The notes below the pieces were generated by a model. The model was not told the DNA's origin, ran no database searches, and worked only from the letters and a program-made list of their open reading frames with translations. Made by a program: the position numbers and the translations under genes. Shown here in pieces: positions 49,414-60,615 of a stretch of DNA of 64,000 bases; the stretch's first letter is position 1; each line of letters opens with the position of its first letter. Origin of the DNA: Octopus sinensis (Eukaryota). The DNA is taken from assembly GCF_006345805.1 (NCBI RefSeq), contig NC_043014.1, forward strand, positions 9,796,001-9,860,000, read 5' to 3'.

Positions 49414-51300
49414 TATTTCTTCATTACCCACAAGGGGCTAAACATAGAGAGGACAAACAAGGACAGACATAGGTATTAATTCAATTATATCGACCCCAGA
49501 GCGTAACTGGTACTTAATTAATCGACCCCGAAAGGATGAAAGGCAAAGTCGACCTCGGCGGAATTTTGAACTGAGAACGTAACGGCAGACGAAATGCCTA
49601 TTTCTTTACTACCCACAAGGGGCTAAACACAGAGAGGACAAACAAGGACATACATACGTGTTAAGTCGATTATATCGACCCCAGTGCGTAACTGGTACTT
49701 AATTAATCGACCCCGAAAGGATGAAAGACAAAGTCGACCTCGGCGGAATTTGAACTCAGAACGTAACGGCAGACGAAATACCTATTTCTTTACTACCAAC
49801 AACGGGCTAAACACAGAGAGGTCAAACAAGGACAGACATAGGTATTAAGTCGATTATATCGACACCAGTGCGTAACTGGTACTTATTTAATCGACCCCGA
49901 AAGGATGAAAGGCAAAGTCGACGTCGGCGGAATTTGAACTCAGAACGTAACGGCAGACGAAATGCCTATTTCTTTACTACCCACAAGGAGCAAAACACAG
50001 AGGGGACAAACAAGGACAGACAAACGGATTATGCCGATTTAATCGACCCCAGTGCGTAACTGGTAGTTATTTAATCGACCCCGAAAGGATGAAAAGCAAA
50101 GTCGACCTCAGCTGAATTTGAACTCAGAACGTAACGGCAGACGAAATACCTATTTCTTTACTACCAACAAGGGACTAAACACAGAGAGGACAAACAAGGA
50201 CAGACATAGGTATTAAGTCGATTATATCGACCCCAGTGCGTAACTGGTACTTATTTAATCGACCCCGAAAGGATGAAAGGCAAAGTGGACATCGGCGGAA
50301 TTAGAACTCAGAACGTAACGGCAGACGAAATGCCTATTTCTTTTCTACTCACAAGGGGCTAAACACAGAAAGGACAAACAAGGACAGACAAATGGATTAT
50401 GTCGATTTTATCGACCCCAGTGCGTAACTGGTAGTTATTTAATCGACCCCGAAAGGATGAAAAGCAAAGTCGACCTCGGCGGAATTTGAACTCAGAACGT
50501 AACGGCAGACGAAATACCTATTTCTTTACTACCAACAAGGGACTAAACACAGAGAGGACAAACAAGGACAGACATAGGTATTAAGTCGATTATATCGACC
50601 CCAGTGCGTAACTGGTACTTATTTAATCGACCCCGAAAGGATGAAAGGCAAAGTCGGCCTCGGCGGAATTTGCACTCAGAACGTAACGGCAGACGAAGTA
50701 CCTATTTCTTAACTACCCACAAGGGGCTAAACACAGAGAGGACAAACAAGGACAGACATAGGTATTAAGTTGATTATATTGACCCCAGTGCGTAACTGGT
50801 ACTTATTTAATCGACCCCGGAAGGATGAAAGGCAAAGTCGACCTCGGCGGAATTTGAACTCAGAACGTAACGGCAGACGAAATGCCTATTTCTTTACTAC
50901 CCACAAGGGGCTAAACTCAGAGGAAAGAAACAAGGACAGACAAACGGATTAAGTCGATTTTATCGACTCCAGTGCGTAACTTGTACTTAATTAATCGACC
51001 CCGAAAGGATGAAAGGCAAAGTCGACCTCGGCGGAATTTGAACTCAGAACGTAACGGCAGACGAAATACCTATTTCTTTACTAACCACAATGGGCTAAAC
51101 ACAGAGAGGACAAACAAGGACAGACAAACGGATTAAGTCGATTTTATCGACCCCAGTGCGTAACTGGTACTTATTTAATCGACCCCGAAAGCATGAAATG
51201 CAAAGTCGACCTCGGCGGAATTTGAACTCAGAACATAGCGGCAGACGAAATACCGTTAAGCATTTCGCTCGGCGTGCTAACGATTCTGTCAGGTTGCCCT
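49414..51300 (-). mobile_element. SINE family C, head + 10 x 184-nt tandem modules
   Basis: Module starts (+ strand TATTTCT) at 49414, 49599, 49783, 49967, 50151, 50335, 50519, 50703, 50887 and 51071; single head at ~51255-51300. Confidence 0.93.
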
Positions 51301-51970
51301 CCTGGGCCAGTATAACCTCTCTGCATTTCATTCAGCTTTTGAGCTGTTAGCACAGGGTTTGGACTTTTCCAGCATGAATCTACATGGTATTGTTCTCAGT
51401 CCACCTGTAATTTGCGACCAACTCCCATTACAGGAGCGCAAAATTTCCAGGCTTCTAACGTTTCCCTCACTATCATATTTCTCTTTTTTTCTATCTACAT
51501 TTTCCTTTAGTTTTCTTTCTCACTTTTTTCTCTCACTCTATTTCCTTTCTATTTTTCAAGCTTAATTATTTTTCACTCCATACTTCTGTAGGATTCCAGA
51601 TGAAAAACTAGATTGAACGCCGCGTCAGTACAAAGCAGTATGTGAATTATTACTTACATATCACTGCGTGGTTAAAATAGTTGGCTTCGCAGCAATGCCT
51701 TCAGTTCAAAGACCAATGCACAGCATTTCGCGACAAGGGATTTGTCCCTACCAGTCTTTAAATTGTGCAAAACTTACTGTGTTCTCTTACGAAGTTCTTT
51801 TTTTATATGCTTCTAGAATACATACGTGTAAATTTTGTGTAAATTTTCAAAGTAAGCACATATCTTTTTTAGCATCATTGAATGGCGTTATAACTTTTAT
51901 TATTTGTAGACTGATATCCACCGCGGTTGACTTTGCCTTACATCCTTTCGTGGTCGATTAAATAAGTACC

Positions 51971-52390
51971 TATTTCTTTATTACCCACAAAGGGATTAAA
52001 CACAGAGGGTTCAAACAAGGAGGGACATAGGTAGTATTAAGTCGATAACATCGACCCCAGTGCGTAACTGGTACTTAATTTATCGACCCCGAAAAGATGA
52101 AAGGCAAGGTCGACCTCGGCGGAATTTGAACTCAGAACGTAACGACTGACGAAATACCTATTTCTTTACTACCCACAAGGGGCTAAACACAGAGAGAACA
52201 TACAAGGACAGACAGACGGATTAAGTCGATTACATCGACCCCAGTTCGTAACTGGTACTTAATTTATCGACCCCGAAAGGATGAAAGGCAAGGTCGACCT
52301 CGGCGGAATTTGAACTCAGCACGTAACGACAGACGAAATACCGCTAAGCATTTCGCCCGGCGCGCTAACGTGTCTGCCAGCTCACCGCCT
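51971..52390 (-). mobile_element. SINE family C, head + 2 modules, inserted into an older plus-strand family-C copy
   Basis: Perfect 16-bp TSD CGATTAAATAAGTACC at 51955-51970 and 52391-52406; host copy spans ~51915-52460. Confidence 0.92.
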
Positions 52391-52914
52391 CGATTAAATA
52401 AGTACCAGCTACGCACTGGGGTCGATATAACCGACTTATTCCCTTCTCCCAAGCTGCCGTTGCGGAAAAATTTGAAATACTTCTTTGTAGACTGATAATT
52501 AATTTTCACCGATGTCATGACACCCTATTACACTCAGAAAGATTGTTCGGAGTTAATAACCTGAGCTCAAAGTCTGACAGCTGTTCGAAATATCTTCTGT
52601 TAGACAAACAACATCACAAAATTTGCACATCATTTCAACTTTCTATGCAATCATCCTATATCACGATCGTATTTTCATCATTTATTTTCCATCAAATCAG
52701 TCTTAGACAAAACCACACAGATATCTAATTAAACTAATTGGACAGTAATTATTCTTTCTTAATATTTTTTTTAGACTCTTCCCCCACCATTTATTGATGT
52801 TTTCTTGTTTTCAAAGTGGTATTGACACGTAAGTTTGTCCAATAAGTGTTTCTTCTTCATTTAATAGTTGTTTCGTAAGCTTTGGATATTAGGTTCCAGT
52901 ATTTATCTTCAATA

Positions 52915-53600
52915 ATGTGGCGAGGTAGCAAGAACGTTAACACGCCAAACAAGCTGCTTCACGATATTTCCTCTGCCTTAAACGTCTGAGCTCAAATGTA
53001 CGCCTAATGCGACTTTGTCTTTCTTCCGAAAGAGCGAAAGGCAAAGGGTCAACGAAAGACCTGAGCTCGGTGTAGCCGTTTTACCTCGCTTCCTCAAAAT
53101 TGATGGCATTGTACGAATATTTGAATCCAGTATCTGTTTTACATAAGGCGGAAAGCTGTCACAGACGTTTGCACGCTGAGCAAGATGCTTCACAGTATTT
53201 CAACCGTCTTTACGTTGTGGATTCCAATTCTGTCGAGAGGCGACTTTGCCTTTCATCGTTTCGATGAAATAAAGGTCAATAAAAAAGTACCAGTGGTGCA
53301 TTGGGGTCGATATAACCGACTTACCCCCACCGAAACTGATGGCCGAAACTGAAGCGAGTTTTTATCTTATATAAGGCGGAATCTTTAGCACGCGGATCGA
53401 AATGCTTTGCGTCATTTCGTCCGTAATCGCATTACTCGTTCAAATTCCGCGGGCGTTGACTTCGCCATTCATCCATTCGGGGTTGCTAGAATAAGTACCA
53501 ATTGCGTCCTGGGGTTTATGTCAATGTCTTATCCCGTCCCCGGCAATTGCTGATCTTGCGCCAAAGTTTGAAACCAATTTTTACCTAATAATGCGGTGAG
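52915..53600 (+). mobile_element. Cluster of about three degenerate SINE-C copies
   Basis: Repeated GACTTTG(C/T)CTT(T/C)...TTCG and CAAATTCCGC motifs near 53010, 53240 and 53450. Confidence 0.6.
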
Positions 53601-53739
53601 CTGGCAGAATCGTGAGCAAGTTTATGTGAATCATTCATCAGAGCGGTATTTCATCCTGAGGACTATATATGCCACAGAAACCGGTCTTATGACCTTATGG
53701 GTCGGGAAAGGACCTTAATGTCTGTCATATTTAGCGATA

Positions 53740-54130
53740 GTTTTGTAAATTTCAGTAATCTCACTCTTCGCTTTTCCTTTTTATTACTTTCCTAAACTGT
53801 GTATATTATCCATTCCTTTCTAAGTGTCATAAGCATCCAATCCAAAGTTTTCATTCGGGTAATTGCATATTTTTCCTAAAACTATATAGAACTTCTGCAC
53901 TACATCATTATTCTAATCGTTCGTTGAAGCGTATATTTTGATGATTAAGACTTTATAATATTTTAGCTGCCACTCCTAAGACAGTTTTATGCACCATAAA
54001 ACCTGCACCATTTTTATGTTTACTGCACACTACTGTAGCTCATATTTTAACCATAGTATCTCTTATAAATTTTCTCCAAATTCTCCATCACGTTTCAGCG
54101 TGAGATAGGGAAATAGACTCTTAATGGGCT
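53740..54130 (-). pseudogene. LINE APE-type endonuclease remnant (RTE-like)
   Basis: Minus-strand fragments HKNGAGFMVHK, IIKIYAST, VVQKFY resemble the APE motifs GVGF, IIQVYAPT, EEFY; heavily decayed. Confidence 0.45.
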
Positions 54131-54739
54131 ACTTGTTATACTTCTACAGACTGATAACGATTTTATACATATATAACTGCAATATAAATGCAATTTTTAC
54201 AATATTAAAATTCTGATTTTGTTCACACATCTGATTTCCATTTTTCAATGCGCCGATAATCTGGTAGTGCATAACTCACATCCAAATGTGTTTTGCTGTA
54301 AGATAATTTGTGAGAGATTCCTATAGACTTGAAAAGGTTTTATATATATATATATATATTGGTGGTGTCTTAACCATTTTTTTCAATCGAAAAGCAAAAA
54401 TATATACATCACTAAAGCTGACCACCAAGTGATTTCACCACACTTCTCTGGTAGGCGATATACTTTCAATAATACAAATAATATGTTCAAAGATGGGGCG
54501 TGTATGTGAACATATGACCTGCAAGAAATAACAGCTAACTTTCCTTGAGATCACATCTCACTAAAGTAGTAGAGTAACTTCCTGGAAACTTGGGATTTGT
54601 TGTCTCTTATAATCCGCATTTGTTTACACGGAGGAACTTCATAATCACGCGGCCATCAGATTCCTTCACTGGTACTTTGCACAGGTGGGTACCTTGTACG
54701 GTAGGGTACCAACAGAATTGCATCATTTTCCCTTAAGTT

Positions 54740-55120
54740 GCATTCAATTATTTTATTGTTTCAATCATATGACCGTGGCCATGCTGGGGCACTACTTAAG
54801 GGTTTTAGTTGAACAAATCAACCCCAGTACTTCTTTGTTAACACTGGTATTTAATGTATCGATCTTCTTTGCCGAAGCGGTAAGTTACGGGAACGTAAAC
54901 ACGCCAACACCGGTTGTCAAGCTGTGGTGGGGGGCAAACACAGACATAAAGACGCACACACATAGATATATACATTTATATATACATGATAGACTTCTTT
55001 CATTTTCCGTCTGCCAAATCCACTGACATGGCTTTGTTCCGCTCGAGGCTATAGTAGAAAACATTTGCCCAAAGTGCCATCCAGTGGGACTGAATCCGAC
55101 ACCATGCGATTGGGAAGCCA
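54740..55120 (-). mobile_element. Degenerate SINE family A
   Basis: Diverged match to tail, internal microsatellite and B-box region. Confidence 0.7.
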
Positions 55121-55544
55121 CGCCTTAGAATGTATCGACCATTGCTACTATCCTTGTTTGGAAAAATCCCTAATCCGAAATGTTTTTGGAGTCAAATGTT
55201 CTGGAAAATCGATGTTTGAATCTGTAACCCAGCAGATAAAATATGTTTAATAATGTAAGCTTAATCGGAAAGCTGCGATGGCTCTAAGTGGAAAGCCAGG
55301 ACCATAAGTGTACTCAGGGATGACCTCTGGATAAAAACAATAATCCGTTAACAGTGTTTCTGACAACTGCAAACACTCACGCATCGCGAGAACGCAAAGA
55401 AACAGATTCACACGTTCTTTAAATGGGAAATTAAAAGCCGTATGTACGCACATATATACAGCACATATACACACGCACAACAGCAGTATATCCACAGCGT
55501 ATACATACCCTAATACGCAAAAAATCATTTATACACACACTAAC

Positions 55545-55789
55545 ATATATATATACTGACACACAAACCTTATTGTACACACACACACACACATATACTG
55601 ACACACAAACATTATTGTACACACACACATATATATATTGACACAAAACATTATTGTACATACACACACACACATATATATACTGACACACAAACATTAT
55701 TGTACACACACACACACATATATATACTGACACACAAACCTTATTGTACACACACACACATATATATACTGACACACAAACATCATTGT

Positions 55790-55820
<31 letters not shown>

Positions 55821-55895
55821 CTGACACACAAACATTATTGTACACACACACCCACATATATATATATACTCACACACAAACATTATTGTACACAC
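55545..55895. repeat. ~35-bp compound minisatellite (CTGACACACAAACATTATTGTA-(CA)n-(TA)n), about 9 units
   Basis: Directly visible. Confidence 0.9.
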
Positions 55896-55946
<51 letters not shown>

Positions 55947-56240
55947 CTCTAACACAGTAACAACAATATTTGTACACATTAACACACTAATAGGGATATT
56001 TATATGCACACGCACACAAATACAAAATCGTCAGGAAAGATAGCAGCTGGACCTCCTTCTAATGAAAGCAAATCAATTAGATTTATCGATCTTTGATAAT
56101 TTCAATTGTATTCAACACTGGTTTTATTGGGCCTTGTTTGTAAACAACAATTATCACGATGAGAGCGGCAGCAGCGGCACCATCAGCAGCTAATACGTGC
56201 CAAGACATAAGAAACAGATGCATGAACAAAAGACACGCCT

Positions 56241-56276
<36 letters not shown>

Positions 56277-58992
56277 ATTTCAGTAGCAACAACAGTAACG
56301 TCCTCTGGTGAGAAATCGTAGAAAAAAAAATCGGGCGTATAACGTTCACGTGTCGATCAACAATGACGATGACAACGACGATGTCAAAAGCCAAGTCGGC
56401 CATATTGATAATCGAGATAGGCGGAGGCACGGCGCTGTGGTTTGTTTCGGAAGTTCGCTTTACAGCTGTGTGGTTTTGAGTACAGTTCTACCGCACGGCA
56501 ACATGGTAGAGTGTCTTCTGCATATTTGCAATTCTGAGGCTCCGGGAAAAGCCGAAATTAAGGATGCAGTACTTGGCTGCTCCTTATTTTTATCGCCTCC
56601 AAAATGATGGCAGGCAAATTAAAGTGACGAATTAAATACTCCAAGACATATTTTCCGATAGTCAAACGATTCCGCCATCTTGCATCCTAAACAACAACAA
56701 TAATAATAATTATAATTGATTCGCGCTTTGTTGCAAAGCCGCCGATTTTGAGGGTTCGTGATATGTTGATATCAAGATCTCTCGTATTTGAACGGCAAGT
56801 AAATTTTCCAGTTCTGAAGGGTGGAAACGCAAAGTTAACGTCGGTGGGATTTGAACTCAGAACGTAAAGCGCTAGAAGAAATGTAGGTAAAGATTTTTCC
56901 AGAGTTCTAATGATTCTGTCAGTTTGCCTCTTAACAACAACAATAATGGTTGCTAGAAGTGCGGAAAATTTGAAGGCAAAACTAACAAGCATTAATTAGA
57001 TCTTCGATATACAATGTGATAAGTCGTTTCTGATTCGTTGTTTTTGTAATCTAATGAGCGCCTAAGCATAACAACAATTGACGTCATTTGCTTCTTTTAT
57101 TCATTCAATTGGCCACAAGGGCCTTACAAAGAAAGGAAGCTGCGGGCTAGACGAGGATATAATGATATGAAATGATTGACAATATGATAATAATAAGGGT
57201 AACAGCAACACCCACCGATTGCTGTTTACCCGGACACATTGTTCTTTTATAAAATATTTTGAGGCAACAAACCTCTTACAAAACAAAACATAAAGGAGGC
57301 AATAGACTTCTTACAAGAAAGCCATTGTTAGGCAGAAACCTCTTATATAAGTCAAAAAATCAATCATACAATACAAATGAGGCACCGAGCCTCTTACTTT
57401 AATTGAAGAAATCTGTGGAAGGAAATAGTTTAATAAAAGCTTGGTATGACATCCCTCAAGTTACGCTGCAAAATGCCACACGAGCTGGGAATTCCCGACG
57501 ATTAAAACGGTGTCACAATACGCATAGAAGAATTTTCGAATATTTGTGAGTGTTAATGTGACATCACGCTTTGTGGCGCTTACTGTTTACCTCAAATAGA
57601 TCTTGTGAAAATATAAATCGTATTTTAACGAATTTTCCTCATTTCTAGCGACCATCCTGTAATTCTTATTTTGGCAGAAGGCCAGCAAAACTGAATAGTG
57701 GTGAAGTTGACTACATTGGTCTGTGTTCTCAAATGATTCTCCAGAACATTTAAGTCCAAAAGTATTTCGGATTATTGTTTTTATCCAGGGGTCATTCCTG
57801 AGTACACTAATGGTCCTGGCTTTCCACTTAGAGCGATCGCAGCTTTCCGATTAAACATACTTTATCTGCTGAGCTACAGATTCAAACATCGATTTTCCGG
57901 AACATTTAGCTCCAAAAATATTTGGGATTAGGGATTTTTCCAAACAAGTTTGGTAGCCTTGGTCGATACATTCTAAGGCGTTGCTTCTGAATCGCATGGT
58001 GTCCGGATTCAATCCCACTGGATGGCACTTTGGCAAAGTCAACATGGGCGTAATTTGAACTCAAAACGTAAAGAAGAACGAAATACTTCTAAGCATCTAG
58101 TCTGGTGTGCTAACGATTCAGCCGTCTCTTGCCATCAGCAACAACAATGAGAAGAATAGAGGAAAACCATAATAACAGTGCCATAGACCTCCACAATAAT
58201 AACAGGAAAGACATCAACAATAAATTCAGAACAATAGCACCTCAAGCCACAACATCACAACAGCAATAACGACATTAACAAGAACTACAGCAATAATAAA
58301 AGAATACCAGAAACGGCAATAGCATCAGTAAATATTTGATTCAAGGAATGATATTTTTGACGTGTAGCTCAATCAGCGAAACCTTCGTCAGACAATAGCA
58401 TATTTAATAAAGCAAGAGACATTGGATAATATAATTCTAGTTTTGTACGGCTTGAAAACTTCTTTTTAATATAAAGATAACTTGGTACTAAACCGCAGCA
58501 GTAATTACTTAAGTACAGAAATGTCTGCTATAATGAAAACCAGAGCGGCAGTAAAAGCAGTGAAAAAAAACTGATACAGCATCGAGAAAAAAGAAACATA
58601 ATCCGAGCAACCAACAACAGTAATAATATGAAGTTTAAAGAGCGCAAGATATCAACAAAAGGAATGACAGAAATGACAGCAACAGAGAGAAATCACGTTC
58701 AATAAAAAAGAATAAAAGAAAAATGAAAATAATGAATGAATAATGAAATACAGCACGTACAGTAAACCATAGGGTTGTCATATCCAGAATGCTTTCTTTT
58801 ACAAGGTCTGCACAGCCAGGTCTGATTTGTAAGGCAATGCAAAAACTATTCAAGAAGAAGGCGCCTAGTTTTGGGATCAGGGACTGTAAATGTATTGGGT
58901 ACAGTCACAAATACGTAAATCAGCAATCAGCAGTGTAGATGGAACATGGCTATGTGATTAAGATGATGGAAACTGTGTGGAAGCCCCTCGTG

Positions 58993-59029
<37 letters not shown>

Positions 59030-59040
59030 TTTATTTCTTC

Positions 59041-59313
59041 CAGGCCATCAGATGTTGTTACACATCGCTGGTCACAATGCATTCGCATTGTTTTAGCCTT
59101 CGAATGACGCCACCCCGCTGGCTAAGCGAGCAGGCCAACAGAAGAAAGAGTGGTGAAAGAGTACAGGAGGGATCACCACCCTCTACCGGAGCCTCGTGGA
59201 GCTTTTAGGTGTTTTCGCTCAATAAACACTCACAACGCCCGGTCTGGGAATCGCAACCGCGATCCTACGACCGCGAGTCCGCTGCCCTAACCACTAGGCC
59301 ATTGCGCCTCCAC
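59041..59313 (-). mobile_element. SINE with family-B head and second tail type
   Basis: Same type as 35379-35663. Confidence 0.88.
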
Positions 59314-59326
59314 ACACACATATATA

Positions 59327-59376
<50 letters not shown>

Positions 59377-59476
59377 TATATATATAATATATTATATATA
59401 TATTGATAAAAACGGTAAGATAACAAAAGAAAGTAAGAGACCTCGACACTATGTAAATAGAGGAATTTATCTATAA

Positions 59477-59705
59477 ATGTGACAATTATTCGGTAGCCAA
59501 GATAAAACTCCGAGTTTCGGATGCCGAGGTGGATCTCCACGCCACCATCTCTTCAGTTATCCGGCCACTGCTACAACACTACGAAGGGGTGCTGAAAAGT
59601 TCTTCATAGCGTTTTTCCGATGGCCAGATAACTGAAGAGATGGTGGCATGGATTTCCACCTCGTTATCCGAAACTCGGAGCTTGGCTACCGAATAATTGT
59701 CACAT
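59477..59705. mobile_element. Head-to-head inverted pair of hammerhead-bearing family H2 elements (arms 59477-59567 and 59621-59705)
   Basis: ~85-90-bp inverted repeat; the left element continues (minus strand) to ~59410 and a (TA)n tract. Confidence 0.75.
59496..59565 (-). ncRNA. Type I hammerhead ribozyme with canonical core
   Basis: Minus strand GCCGGATAA-CTGAAGA-GATG...CATC-C-GAAA-CTCGGAG-T-T-TTATCTTGGC: stem I GATAA/TTATC (extendable), CUGANGA, stem II, GAAA, near-palindromic stem III ACTCGGAGT, GUU triplet. Confidence 0.72.
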
Positions 59706-59714
59706 AATACATTT

Positions 59715-59760
<46 letters not shown>

Positions 59761-59763
59761 TAG

Positions 59764-59979
59764 ATGGAATTTACAAAATAAAGCAAAAGACGAAGACGGG
59801 TGTATAAACAACAAACAGATGTATTAGTTTAATGCTTGGGAAGTGAGAAAGTGTTTTACGTTTCGAGCCTACGCTCCTAAACAAAAAGGAACACAGCAGA
59901 AATAAACAGGGAGAGAAAATGAAATAAAAGTAAAGGGAGAAAATTAAAAAGGTTTCGTGGCTAGCAATCAATCATGGCG
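59764..59979 (-). mobile_element. H1 element with degenerate hammerhead core
   Basis: Minus-strand GAGC-GTAG-GCTC-GAAAC-GT-A retained; CUG core eroded; 3' end abuts (TA)n. Confidence 0.6.
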
Positions 59980-59986
59980 AATGCCG

Positions 59987-60041
<55 letters not shown>

Positions 60042-60615
60042 CACATGTGTGTTTGTACCCAACCATTGGAAAAACCGGTGTCGGTTTCTTTACATCCTCC
60101 AAAAATAAGGGTTCATCACAAGACAATGATAGAATAAGTTCCAGATTTTAAACAATGTATTGACTACAATCATTAATGACAGTGCTCCAACATGGCCACA
60201 ATCCAATGACTAAAACAAGCGAAAGATAATAACATCAAAAATTATAGCAGCAAAATTATCCAAAAACAAAAAAATAAATAAAAGAAGACTTATGCCAGAA
60301 ATAGAAAAATCGTGATATATTATTAACATCGATATCGACACCGAACAAGAAGAAAAAAAAAGTAACGTAGCATTAGCGAAAGCAGAAAGAAAAGTACACT
60401 TGCAATCCAGAAATAAAAACCATCAACGTATCAAGATAACGCATAACCAGAACACGAAGAGCAGCCATTAAAATAACAACCCGCGCAAATGTACCGTTAG
60501 ATTTAATAACAGAAATGAAAAAGAGAAATGAGGAAATATATAAACGAACAAAAATACAGCGGGTCAACTGCTGCCATTACGACAATACATATAATTTCAA
60601 TATCAATTCACAGTA

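Noticed and set aside
49414-51300. Regular array resembling a CRISPR locus
   Set aside because: Units repeat over their whole 184 nt with no unique spacers, are SINE-derived, and there are no cas genes in this eukaryotic context.
56083-56607. Poly-Q/poly-L ORFs from (CAG)n/(AAC)n tracts (also 27201-27536, 62546-62810)
   Set aside because: Low-complexity trinucleotide repeats with no splice or domain support.
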